A model generated the notes under the pieces. It did no database searches and was not told where the DNA came from. It worked only from the letters and a program-made list of their open reading frames with translations. Below, piece after piece: positions 35,516 through 45,157 of a stretch of 64,000 nt of DNA. The DNA is from an uncultured Candidatus Rokubacteria bacterium (lineage in GTDB: Bacteria > Methylomirabilota > Methylomirabilia > Rokubacteriales > CSP1-6). Position numbers and translations under genes: made by a program. The stretch lies in contig CAWBMV010000034.1 of assembly GCA_963789955.1 (NCBI GenBank), forward strand, positions 384,001 to 448,000. Reading direction: 5' to 3'. Position 1 is the first letter of the stretch, and each line of letters begins with the position of its first letter.

Positions 35516-35768
35516 ATGGAATATCTGATCGTGCGGTTTCCCGGGACGCGGGAGGTCCGAGTCGATGGCGTTCCGCACGGCCGGACCAACATCGTCATGC
35601 AGTTCGAGAGCCGGGATCCACGTCGTGACGCTCGGGCCTCCCTGGAACTTCGCGCCGCTCGAACAGAAGGTCCTCCTGTACAACACCGCGGCGCTCGATC
35701 CCTACCGGATCGAGTTTCGTATCCTGCCGCCTGCCTCGATCCCGATCTCGCCTGGAAGCCCCCCGTGA
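35516..35768 (+). CDS. Small hypothetical beta-rich protein (frameshift ~35610 falsely fuses it to the patatin in the ORF track)
   Basis: MEYLIVRFPGTREVRVDGVPHGRTN... + GIHVVTLGPPWNFAP...; its stop overlaps the patatin GTG. Confidence 0.55.
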
Positions 35769-37210
35769 CGAGCCGGGCGCGGCTCGGTGCCCTTGTCCTT
35801 CTGTCGATCGTCGCCGTCGGCTGCGCCCACTACCCGCTCAATGCGCCGCTTCCGCCGACCGGCGACACCGGGGCGGGCTACCGGTTCCCGGCCATGGTCG
35901 TCGACAAGCCGGATCCGGCCGACGAGATCTTCGTGTGTCTCTCGTTCTCGGGCGGAGGCACTCGCGCCGCGGCCTTCGCGTACGGGGCGCTCCTGCGGCT
36001 GAAGGACATCGAGATCGGGCGAGCCGGGAGCCGCCGAAGCCTCCTGGACGAAGTCGACTGCGTCGCCGGGATCTCCGGCGGGGCGTTCACGGCGGCGTAC
36101 TACGGCCTGAATGGCCCCGACACCTTCAAGAGCTTCTACGATCGATTCCTGGTGCGGGACATCCAGCGGGAGCTGGTCCTGAGCACCTTGAATCCGGTCA
36201 ACCTCGCGCGCCTCGCCTCGCCGTACTTCAGCCGCATCGACCTCGCGGCCGAGCTCTACGACACCTCGGTGTTCGAGGGCGCGACGTATGCCGCGCTGAT
36301 GACGCGCCGGCGGCCGTTCATCATGCTGCACGCGACCAGTATGGCGAACGGGGCGCCGTTCGAGTTCACGCAGGACGAGTTCGATTTCCTCGGGTCCGAC
36401 CTCGGGGCGTTCCACGTCGGTCGCGCCGCGGCCGCGTCGTCGGCGTTCCCGTTCCTGCTCAGCCCGGTGAGCCTCAAGAGCTATCCGCCCGCTGCCGGCT
36501 TCGGCATCCCGCCCGCCGTCAGCGCCGCGCTCGAGACGCGGGAGATGAATCCGTCCCGCTATGCCTGGGCGCGCCAGCGCCTCGATCTCATGGCGGGCCA
36601 GGAAGAGAAGTGGCTCCATCTGCTCGACGGCGGTCTCGCGGACAACATCGGCCTGCGCTCGATTCTGAGAGCCTACGATCGGTCCGACGGCTTCATCGCT
36701 CAGCGCATCAACGCGGGGCACATCAAGCGACTGATCGTCATCGCGGTGAACGCGCGCACCGATCCGCCCGAGCAGCTCAGCCGGCAGGAGCGATCGCCCG
36801 GACTCACCGACGTGTTCATGAAGACCGCGACCGTGAGCATGGAGAGCCTGAGCGCCGACACGATCGACTACGCGATCAACCGGCAGAGCGAGCGCGAGCA
36901 GGCGCAGACGAACGTGCGCCTCTGCAACCAGCGGCTGACCGACTGCGGCGCCGAGCCTTTCCCGACCTTCGCCCAGGAGATCCGCACCTGCTTCGTGGAG
37001 ATCTCGTTCGAAGGTCTGCCGTCACCGGCGCGCGAGAAGTTTCTGGCGCTGCCGACGACGTTCGCGCTTCCCGAGGAGACGGTGAAGCGACTGATCGCCG
37101 TGGCGGGAACGCTTCTCGATTCGTCGCCGAGCTTTCAGAAGCTGCTGCGGGCGCTGCGGGGCGAGGCCTCGCCGGGCGCCGGGGTGGGGGAGCGCGGCAA
37201 TTGCTCGTGA
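35765..37210 (+). CDS. Patatin-like phospholipase lipoprotein
   Basis: Lipobox AVGC; 'SGGGTRA', G-I-S-G-G nucleophile, 'ASSAFP', 'DGG'. Confidence 0.88.
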   Translation: MTSRARLGALVLLSIVAVGCAHYPLNAPLPPTGDTGAGYRFPAMVVDKPDPADEIFVCLSFSGGGTRAAAFAYGALLRLKDIEIGRAGSRRSLLDEVDCVAGISGGAFTAAYYGLNGPDTFKSFYDRFLVRDIQRELVLSTLNPVNLARLASPYFSRIDLAAELYDTSVFEGATYAALMTRRRPFIMLHATSMANGAPFEFTQDEFDFLGSDLGAFHVGRAAAASSAFPFLLSPVSLKSYPPAAGFGIPPAVSAALETREMNPSRYAWARQRLDLMAGQEEKWLHLLDGGLADNIGLRSILRAYDRSDGFIAQRINAGHIKRLIVIAVNARTDPPEQLSRQERSPGLTDVFMKTATVSMESLSADTIDYAINRQSEREQAQTNVRLCNQRLTDCGAEPFPTFAQEIRTCFVEISFEGLPSPAREKFLALPTTFALPEETVKRLIAVAGTLLDSSPSFQKLLRALRGEASPGAGVGERGNCS

Positions 37211-37215
37211 GCGTG

Positions 37216-38277
37216 TCAGCGGAAGCGGGGGATGACCTCGCGGGCGAAGAGCTCCATCGAGCGGCGAACGCGATCCTGAGGTAAGCCGCCGAAGTTCATC
37301 CAGCAGAGCATCTCGCCGACGCCGAGCCGCCGGAATTCCTCGACCCGCGCGGCCACCGTGTCGGGGGATCCGAAGGCGACGCTCTCCGCCACGAGCTGTT
37401 CGTACGACACGTGCGCGAATCGTTCCTCGAGCGCCCGGAACCCCGGCTGGAGCAGCGGGTGCACCCGATCGATCCGCTCGGGAATGAGGAATCGCCGCAG
37501 CGACTCCTGGTACCACATCTCCGCGTCCTTCGCCTCGGCGAGCGCCTGGGCATCGGTCGGCGCCACGTAGACGTGTCGCGAAACGCCCCAGCGGCCCAGC
37601 AGGCTCGCGATCTCGTCGGCGCTTCGGCCCCCCTTCTCGCACGCCTTGACGTACGTGTCGCGACTTTTGGCGAGCTGCTCGGGTCCGCCGCGCAAGAGTG
37701 AGTTCAGCATCGGCGCGCCGCGGAGCGCGGTGGCCTCGATGGTGTCGGGGCTCGTGCACACGACGTACACCGGCGGGTGCGGCCGCTGGAGCGGCTTGGG
37801 AATCACCCGGACCTCGGGGATCTTGAAGTGGCGTCCCTCGAACGCGAAGCGCTCCAGGGTCCACGCCTTGAGCATGATCGCGAGACATTCCTCGAAGCGC
37901 TCGCGGTTCTCGATCTGGGGCACACGGTAGCCCTCGAACTCGACGGGGCGATTCCCGCGACCGACCCCGACGTCGAGGCGTCCTTCGCTCAGGATGTCCA
38001 CGATCGCGAGCTCCTCGGCGAGCCGAATCGGATCGTGGAACGGAAGGATCGCGGCCGCCAGGCCGATACGCACCCGCCGCGTCCGCGTCGCGGCGGCCGC
38101 CGCCAGGACGGCCGGCGAGACGGACAGGCCGTAGTCGATGAAGTGATGCTCCGTCAGCCAGATGCTGTCGAAGCCGAGCTCCTCCGTCCACACCATCTGC
38201 TCGATCTCGCGACGGATGACGTCGGGATGACCGACTGAGGGCGGAGCTTGCAGGAAGTAGTAGGTTCCGAAGCGCAT
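37216..38277 (-). CDS. Luciferase-like (LLM) flavin-dependent oxidoreductase
   Basis: 'GFDSIWLTEHHF', 'PIRLAEE', 'GRLDVGVGRG', 'PKPLQRPHPP'. Confidence 0.9.
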   Translation of the reverse strand: MRFGTYYFLQAPPSVGHPDVIRREIEQMVWTEELGFDSIWLTEHHFIDYGLSVSPAVLAAAAATRTRRVRIGLAAAILPFHDPIRLAEELAIVDILSEGRLDVGVGRGNRPVEFEGYRVPQIENRERFEECLAIMLKAWTLERFAFEGRHFKIPEVRVIPKPLQRPHPPVYVVCTSPDTIEATALRGAPMLNSLLRGGPEQLAKSRDTYVKACEKGGRSADEIASLLGRWGVSRHVYVAPTDAQALAEAKDAEMWYQESLRRFLIPERIDRVHPLLQPGFRALEERFAHVSYEQLVAESVAFGSPDTVAARVEEFRRLGVGEMLCWMNFGGLPQDRVRRSMELFAREVIPRFR

Positions 38278-38299
38278 CGGACGCTCGACTCTACCTCAT

Positions 38300-39040
38300 C
38301 TAGCTATGGAGATCGACCAGGAGCGCGGCGTGATCGCTGAGCTGCCGCGCCGGGCGCCCCGCCCGCCGACCCCAGTCGTAGCGCACGTCGCGCAGACGAG
38401 GTCGCAGTTGAGGATTCACGAACGCTTGATCGAGCCGGAAGCCGTTGCCGCCGTTGGGCGAGTACCAGGTGTAGGCGCGTTCCGGCCCTCGGAGGAGGCG
38501 AAACGCGTCGTGCCAGCCCGATTGCTCGAGCCCCGACAGCCACGCGTCCTCGCGCCGTCCGAAGACCGGTGTCTCTTCGTCGATGCCCGGGCGGCCGGAA
38601 TTCGTGTCACCGAGTAGCATGGTGGGCCCGCGCCGCCATAGGCCGAGCACCGCGAGCACGGCGGCGTAGAAGAGATCCTTCCGCCCGGTCACTCGATTCG
38701 GGACGTGCATCGCGCCCAGGGTCAACGGCTCGGGCGCGTCGATCGAGGCGAGCAGCAGCAGACGACCGGGATCGCCCGGCCCGACTCGGAGCCGCAGGCG
38801 GCGCATCGGGAACCGTGTCGCGATGAATAGGCGATTGGCGTTCGGCTGCGACGGCTCCGCGGTCGTGCACTGGTAGGCGAGGCCGAGCGCAGCGAGCGCG
38901 CGCGCCAGCTCGACGCTGGGGGGAGTCGCTCGGAACTCGCAGAGGGCCACGGCATCCGGAGCCCAGCGCTGGAGCTGGGCGGCGATCCGGACGGCGCGCA
39001 TGCCGCCGCCGGCGCGGATGTTCCAGAAGACGATTCGCAT
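38300..39040 (-). CDS. Endonuclease/exonuclease/phosphatase (ExoIII-like) protein
   Basis: 'WNI', 'LCE', 'GDTN', 'YTW', 'RLD', 'SDH'. Confidence 0.88.
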   Translation of the reverse strand: MRIVFWNIRAGGGMRAVRIAAQLQRWAPDAVALCEFRATPPSVELARALAALGLAYQCTTAEPSQPNANRLFIATRFPMRRLRLRVGPGDPGRLLLLASIDAPEPLTLGAMHVPNRVTGRKDLFYAAVLAVLGLWRRGPTMLLGDTNSGRPGIDEETPVFGRREDAWLSGLEQSGWHDAFRLLRGPERAYTWYSPNGGNGFRLDQAFVNPQLRPRLRDVRYDWGRRAGRPARQLSDHAALLVDLHS

Positions 39041-39049
39041 CCGCCCGTC

Positions 39050-39535
39050 CTATCGCTTGCTAAGCGCGGTCTCCAGGAGCTCGAGGGCGCGCTTCGCGAA
39101 GGCCCACATGTTCTTCTCGCGGTCGTCGTGGCCCGTCTCGAGGGTGATCACGCGTTCGACGGGACCGGCGACTGCGATACAGGCGTGGCCCGCGGCGTCG
39201 CCGTAGCGATTGCCCGTCGGGCCGGTGGCCCCGGTTTCGGCAAGTCCCCATGTCGTGCCGAGCAGCTCGCGAATCGTCCGGGCTTTGAGCACCGCGTAGG
39301 GCTCGCTGCTGGAACGGATACCTTTGACCGACTCGTCTGGAAGCCGCAGCAGCGCGCGTCGCGCGGCCTGCGTGTAGATGACGCCGCCACCCAGGAAATA
39401 GGCCGAGGCGCCGGGCACGGAGAGGAGCGCCGCGGAGATCAGGCCGCCGGCGGAGGACTCCGCGACGGCGATCGTTTCTTTGCGATCCTTCAGGATCGTT
39501 GCGAGCGATCTGGCGAGCGCATCGAGCTCGTTCAT
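39050..39535 (-). CDS. CinA C-terminal/PncC-like protein
   Basis: 'AVAESSAGG', 'VPGASAYF.GG', 'ETGATGP'. Confidence 0.88.
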   Translation of the reverse strand: MNELDALARSLATILKDRKETIAVAESSAGGLISAALLSVPGASAYFLGGGVIYTQAARRALLRLPDESVKGIRSSSEPYAVLKARTIRELLGTTWGLAETGATGPTGNRYGDAAGHACIAVAGPVERVITLETGHDDREKNMWAFAKRALELLETALSKR

Positions 39536-39594
39536 AGGGCTGCGACGTTAGGGGCGCGCCCGCAGCTTGTCAAGTCGACCCGGTGCGACCGGAC

Positions 39595-40602
39595 CTAGGA
39601 GAGTCGACGCTCGGGCGCCGTCAGCTCACACTCGGCGATCTTGTTGAGCAGGGTCTTGTAGCTGACTTTGAGAATGCGCGACGCCTCGGCGCGATTCCAG
39701 CGCACGCGCGCCAGCACCTCCGAGAGGGCGTGGCGCTCGGCCTCACGGGCGCCGCGCCGGGCGATCTCGCGCAGGCTCTCGGTGACCGACGCCGCGGGCT
39801 GCGAAGGCACGGCGCGCAACGGGTTGACGCGCGACGCCTGCGCCGCGAAGTCCCGCTCGCCGTCGGCCAGCACGACCATGCGCCGGATGATGTTCTCCAG
39901 CTCCCGGATGTTCCCCGACCACGGGTGCTCCGAGAGGCGGGTCAGCGTCTCGGGCGCGAGGGTCTTGTGCCGTCCGTACTGCGCGTTGAACTTGGCGAGA
40001 AACCATGTGACCAGCGCCGGGATTTCTTCCCGCCGCTCCCGCAGGGGCGGCACCTGGATCTCGACCACGTTGAGGCGGTAGTAGAGATCTTCGCGGAACT
40101 CGCCGCGCGCCATCGCTTCCTCGAGGCGCCGGTTGGTGGCGGCGATGACCCGCGCGTCGACGTCGATGGGGGCGTGCCCGCCGACCCGCGAGAACCGGAA
40201 GTCCTGCAGCACGTGGAGGAGCTTGGCCTGCAGGGCGAGCGGCAGCTCGCCGATCTCATCGAGGTAGATCGTGCCCTGGTTCGCGTATTCGAACTGTCCG
40301 GGCTTGCGGCGATGGGCGCCGGTGAAGGCGCCCTTCTCGTGACCGAAGAGCTCGGACTCGAGGAGCTCCTGAGGGATCGCCGCGCAGTTGACCTTGACGA
40401 ACGGCCCCTCACGGCGAGCCGACGCCGCATGGACCGCTCTGGCGATGAGGTCCTTGCCGACCCCGCTCTCGCCACGGATCAACACCGTGGTGTCGGTGTC
40501 GGCGATGCTCTCGACGATGGAGCGGATGGCGCGCATCCGGGGATGACCGTCGAAGAGCGGGGGCTCGGACATCGGTACGGGCTCGGCCAGTTCAGTTCGC
40601 AC
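39595..40602 (-). CDS. Sigma54 enhancer-binding protein lacking an N-terminal regulatory domain
   Basis: AAA+ begins about 15 aa after the start; GESGVGKD, GAFTGA, HTH 'WNRAEASRILKVSYKTLLNK'. Confidence 0.88.
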   Translation of the reverse strand: MRTELAEPVPMSEPPLFDGHPRMRAIRSIVESIADTDTTVLIRGESGVGKDLIARAVHAASARREGPFVKVNCAAIPQELLESELFGHEKGAFTGAHRRKPGQFEYANQGTIYLDEIGELPLALQAKLLHVLQDFRFSRVGGHAPIDVDARVIAATNRRLEEAMARGEFREDLYYRLNVVEIQVPPLRERREEIPALVTWFLAKFNAQYGRHKTLAPETLTRLSEHPWSGNIRELENIIRRMVVLADGERDFAAQASRVNPLRAVPSQPAASVTESLREIARRGAREAERHALSEVLARVRWNRAEASRILKVSYKTLLNKIAECELTAPERRLS

Positions 40603-40646
40603 TCTATTTCCCCTCCCGGATGGAGTATCAGCCGGCGGAAACGGTA

Positions 40647-40662
40647 TGCAAGGAAAGTGCTA
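40647..40662 (-). promoter_or_regulatory. Near-consensus sigma54 promoter upstream of the orphan activator
   Basis: Minus strand TAGCACTTTCCTTGCA (one mismatch, AG for GG). Confidence 0.45.
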
Positions 40663-40838
40663 GCCTCGGCATACGAGAATCCAGGTACTTACGGACCTTC
40701 CGAGGGCGCCAAAAGTTGGCCAGTGGTAAGAAACTGATTGATCAACTGGCTTGATCCTTACCGCTGATGGTAGTGAGGGGGTGTGACACCCCCCGTACAG
40801 GGCGGTTAAGACTCGGCGACGGCGCCCGGGTGCGGCGC

Positions 40839-42272
40839 CTACGCGCGCGGCAAAAGTACCGTGAAGCGGCTGCCCTTTCCCTCTCGTGACTCGACGGTCA
40901 CGCGGCCCCCGTGAGCTTCCGCGATACCTCGCACGATGGCCAGACCGAGACCCGTGCCGCCGCGTTCGCGATGCGCCTGACGATAGGCGTCGAAGATGTG
41001 GGGCAACGCGTCGGCCGGGATGCCGACACCCGTGTCCTCGACCTGCAGCTCGAACTCCGGCCCCGCGTCGATCACGCGCGCGACGACGCGGCCGCCGGGC
41101 TGGGTGAAGCGGATCGCGTTGGCGCCCAGGTTCACGAGAACCTGGTGGAGGCGCTCGAGATCGCCGCAGTACGAGAAATCCGAGCCGATCCGCTCGCACT
41201 CGAGCGTGACGGTTGCCTCCGACGCCAGCGGATGAAGCTCCTCGACGGCCCGATCGACCAGCTCCGCGAGGTCGAGCGAGCTCCGCTCGAGATCCAGGAG
41301 CCCGGCCTGCAGGCGCGACATCTCGAGGATCTGGTTCACGAGCCGCAGCAGGCGCCCGGAGCTGACCGTGACGATGTCGGTGAGCCGCTTCTGCCTGTCG
41401 TTGAGCGGCCCGGGAACGCCCTCGCGAAGCAGCTCGGCGGCGCCGCGGATCGACGTGAGGGGCGAGCGGAGCTCGTGCGAGACGGTCGCGAAGAAATCCC
41501 GTCGCGTTTCCTCGACCCGGCGCAGCTGACCGACCATCGAGTTGAACGACCGCGCGAGAGAGCCGATTTCGTCGCGGCTCTTGATCGCGATCGGCTCACG
41601 GAACTTGCCGGACGCCACCGCCGCCGCCGCGCCGGACAGCACGTTGAGCGATCGCGTCATCCGGTGGGCCTGGAATGCGGCGCCGATCAGCGCCAGGCCG
41701 ACGGCGGCGCCGAGCGCGCAGAACACCGAGGTCCACATGCGGCTCTCGACCCGGGCGGCGTCGGCCTCGACCGCGAGCACGCGCGTGTGAGTCGCCGACA
41801 TCAGCGCGCCGAGTCGTTCCTCGACCCGTTCGGCCAGCACCCGCGCCTCGATGTCGGTCAGACGTACCGCGCCCCGGTGGTCACCCATCTGAACGAGGGC
41901 GCGCTCCTGGGCCACGACGCGACGATAGCCGTCGAAGGCGGCGCTCGCCTCGCGCAGGTACAGTCTCTCGGCGCCGCTCTGCGCGTATTCGCCGAGGCGC
42001 TCGAGATCGTCGGCGACCTGTGCCGCCCGCTCGGTCCATGCCGTCGTGTAGTGCGGATCGCCGATCGCGACCGCGCGCGCCTCGAGGCGCATGAGCGGCT
42101 CGATCGCCTCGCGGGCGGCCGCGGTGAGGCGCAGCGCTGGAACCGTACGCGTCACGATGTCCCGGTTGGCCGAAACGAGCCGATCGATCGCGCGCAGGCT
42201 CAGGGCCGCTACGCCTGCGAGCACGACGATGACGAGTGCCGAGGTCAAAAAGATTTTCGACGCCAGCCGCAT
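40839..42272 (-). CDS. Sensor histidine kinase (helical periplasmic domain, HAMP)
   Basis: Two TMs, 'DEIGSLARSFN', 'SHELRSPL', 'GTGLGLAI'. Confidence 0.9.
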   Translation of the reverse strand: MRLASKIFLTSALVIVVLAGVAALSLRAIDRLVSANRDIVTRTVPALRLTAAAREAIEPLMRLEARAVAIGDPHYTTAWTERAAQVADDLERLGEYAQSGAERLYLREASAAFDGYRRVVAQERALVQMGDHRGAVRLTDIEARVLAERVEERLGALMSATHTRVLAVEADAARVESRMWTSVFCALGAAVGLALIGAAFQAHRMTRSLNVLSGAAAAVASGKFREPIAIKSRDEIGSLARSFNSMVGQLRRVEETRRDFFATVSHELRSPLTSIRGAAELLREGVPGPLNDRQKRLTDIVTVSSGRLLRLVNQILEMSRLQAGLLDLERSSLDLAELVDRAVEELHPLASEATVTLECERIGSDFSYCGDLERLHQVLVNLGANAIRFTQPGGRVVARVIDAGPEFELQVEDTGVGIPADALPHIFDAYRQAHRERGGTGLGLAIVRGIAEAHGGRVTVESREGKGSRFTVLLPRA

Positions 42273-42530
42273 GCGTTCTCTCCCCGAGCCCCGGCCGTGA
42301 CGATCGCCGAGTGCGATCGACAGAGGTTCGGTGGCTCAGTCGGTGATTGCGCGAGGCCCTTGCGGGATCCCGCGTGGTTCGGGGCGCCTACCGGAACGAG
42401 CTAGGGGGAGGCTGGAGCGTCGGTCAGAAAACGCCGCGACCGAGGAGCCGGAACGCCGGAGGAATGCTTGCTGCAGGCTTTCCACGAGAGGGGAGTCTAT
42501 TAAACCGGCTCGCACGTGTCAACTCTGGCG

Positions 42531-44025
42531 TTAGAGATACACCCGCTCGGCCCGGCGAAGGGCGCGGTAGCGCTCGAACGATTTGCGCTCGTCCTCGAGG
42601 CCCAGGATCGACCGAAGGCTGGTTCCCCTGAACGTGTGCCGTAACATCTTGATCCCGTTACGAAGTGCGAACAGCGGTGTGTGGACCAGGGCCACCGGCA
42701 GGTGCTTCAGCTTGATCCAGCGGTCGGCCCGCCAGCGCAGGAACTCGATCTCGTCGGGCTCGAGGTACGCCGTCCGCACCACGGCGGTCGTCCCGTCGTA
42801 GTCCTCGAGCCGCTCGTTGATGATCAGCCCCTGCTCCCGGAAGGTCTTCGTCATCGGCGTCCGCGGGTAGGGCGTCGGATGCTGGATGTACGGCACGTCG
42901 ACGTAGCGCCGGACGAAGTCCAGATTGGTCTCGATCGACTCACGCGTGTCCTGGGGGTTGCCGACGATCAATCCGCCGACCACGTACATCTTGTTCTCGT
43001 GAAGATAGTCGATCGCCGCCACCGCCGCGTTGCCGCCGCGGGCGCCCTCGCCCCGCTGCGCGGTTCTTCGCCTCCGCGCGGAGGAATTCGAGATCTTCCT
43101 CGAGAATGTTCTCGATCCCGAGGAACACGTACCGAAAGCCCGCCTGCCGCATCAGCGGCGCCAGGGTCCGGCCGTGATTGGCGATGGCCGAGGTCATCGC
43201 CTGCACCGTGTAGTCGAGATCGTTGAGCCCGGCGTCGATGATGGCGCGACAGAGACCCTCGAATCGCTGCACGTTCAGGGTGATGTTGTCGTCGACCAGG
43301 AAGATCGCCTGAGCGCCGTGCGCCCGCGCGTCGCGGATGTCCGCCAGGACGCGGTCGAAGTTGAACGTGTGGAAGTTGCGCCCGCGCATCTCGATGATCG
43401 AGCAGAAGCTGCAGTCGAACGTGCACCCGCGCGAGGTCTCCACGACGTCGACTTGCCGGCCGACCATCGTGTATCCCGTCAAGACTCGCGCCCCGCGATT
43501 GGGCAGCCGCACCTCGCCCGCGTCGAGATCGCTGACCGCACGGTCAGGATTGTGCGTGAAGCTCTCGCCACACCGGAACGAGAGGCCGGGAACACCCGAG
43601 AAATCCTCGCCCCGCTCGATGGCCCTCACGAGCTCGCGAAACGTCAGCTCGCCCTCGCCGCGCACGATGAAGTCGACCCCCGCGCTCGGATCCGTGTAGG
43701 CGTCGGGCGCGAGGCTCGCGTCGTAGCCGCCGACCACCACACGCGCCGTCGGCCGCAGACGCCTGACCAGCTGGATGACTCGGAGCGCGGTATGCCGCTG
43801 GAAGGTCATCACCGAGAGGCCCACCACGTCCGGCTGGATCTCGCGGACCAGTCGCTCGAGCGTCTCGCGGACCCGGCGCTGGACCAGGATCAGGTCGGCG
43901 ACGGCGACACGATGGTGGGGATCGACGTTCCCGGCCAGCGAGGCCAGCGCCCCGTTGGGCATGCGAATCGCGACGGACGGCATGTGCTCGAACGAGTCCG
44001 GCATCGACAGCAACAAGATGTTCAT
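42531..44025 (-). CDS. B12-binding-domain radical SAM protein (frameshift ~43050)
   Basis: 'PDVVGLS', 'VVVGG', 'RGEGE', CTFDCSFC (CX3CX2C). Confidence 0.88.
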
Positions 44026-44037
44026 CGGGTATTCGTC

Positions 44038-45156
44038 CTACGCGCGGCCCTCGAGCCCGATCGCGCGCGCCACGGTCTCCAGGTGAAGCTGCGCGTCGCC
44101 GAAATCGAGACTCGCCGCCTGGATGTGTTTGTGCAACAGGTGGAGCGGATGCTCCTCGCAATAGCTGATGGCTCCGAAGATCTGATGGCCGCGGCGCGCC
44201 ACCGCCAGGCACGCCTCGCCCGCGTAGGCCTTGGCGAGCGCCGCGTCGGCTTCGGCCGCGCGGCCCTCCGCGGCCTTCCACGCCGCCACGTACAGGAGCG
44301 CGCGCGCCGCATCCACGTCGCGTACGAGATCCGCGCAGGAGTGCTGGATGGCCTGGTAGCCGCCGATCGGACGCCCGCCCTGGACACGCGTCTTGGCGTG
44401 CTCGACCGCCAGCTCGAGCACGCGCTGGGCTCCGCCGACCATCTCGGCCGTCCGCGCGAGCGCGCCCGCTCGCAGGGCCGGCGCGAGCAAGCCGTCGCCG
44501 TCGCCGACGGCGCCGAGCAGGTCGTCCGGGCGAATCTCCACCCGATCGAATGTCACCTCGAAGAGCTTCTCGCCGCTGATCGCGTCGAGCGGCAGCCGCG
44601 CGATGCCGGATCGGTCCGTCGGCACGACGATCAGGGCCGGCGCGGCGCCGACCCGCACGGCCACGATGAGATCGTCGGCGATGTGCGCGTCCTTGACGAA
44701 GAGCTTTCGGCCGCTCAGCCGTCCGGGTACGGCGCACTCGAGCGCGACGGCGGCGGGATCGAACGACCCGCTCTCTTCCACGAGGGCGAGGCTCGCGATC
44801 CGCTCGCCGGCGGCCAGCGCCGGGAGCAGCCGTTTCTGCTGAGCCGGGCTACCGGCCGCGAGCACGAGTGACGTCGCCACCACCGCGCTCGCCACGAACG
44901 GGCCGGGCAAACCGGCTCGTCCCATCTCCTCGACGAGCACGATGACGTCGAGCAGGGAGCCGTCGCTGCCGCCGAGCTCGGCCGGGATCAAGAGCCCCGG
45001 CCATCCCAGCTCGGCCATGCGGCGCCACAGTGCCTCATCGAAGCCGCGCGCGTCGAGCGCCAGGCGCTGCACGAGCTCGGGCGGGCAGTGCTGGCGGAGG
45101 AACGCGCGGGCCGTCGTGGTCAGGATCTGCTGAGACGGGGACAGACGGAAATCCAT
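44038..45156 (-). CDS. Acyl-CoA dehydrogenase family protein (partner-type subunit)
   Basis: 'LWRRMAELGW', 'EEMGR', 'RVQGGRPIGGYQAIQH', 'HQIFGAI'. Confidence 0.88.
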   Translation of the reverse strand: MDFRLSPSQQILTTTARAFLRQHCPPELVQRLALDARGFDEALWRRMAELGWPGLLIPAELGGSDGSLLDVIVLVEEMGRAGLPGPFVASAVVATSLVLAAGSPAQQKRLLPALAAGERIASLALVEESGSFDPAAVALECAVPGRLSGRKLFVKDAHIADDLIVAVRVGAAPALIVVPTDRSGIARLPLDAISGEKLFEVTFDRVEIRPDDLLGAVGDGDGLLAPALRAGALARTAEMVGGAQRVLELAVEHAKTRVQGGRPIGGYQAIQHSCADLVRDVDAARALLYVAAWKAAEGRAAEADAALAKAYAGEACLAVARRGHQIFGAISYCEEHPLHLLHKHIQAASLDFGDAQLHLETVARAIGLEGRA

Positions 45157-45157
45157 C

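Noticed and set aside
35516..37210. 564-aa fusion of a small beta protein to patatin
   Set aside because: An indel near 35610 explains it; the patatin has its own GTG start and lipoprotein signal at 35765.
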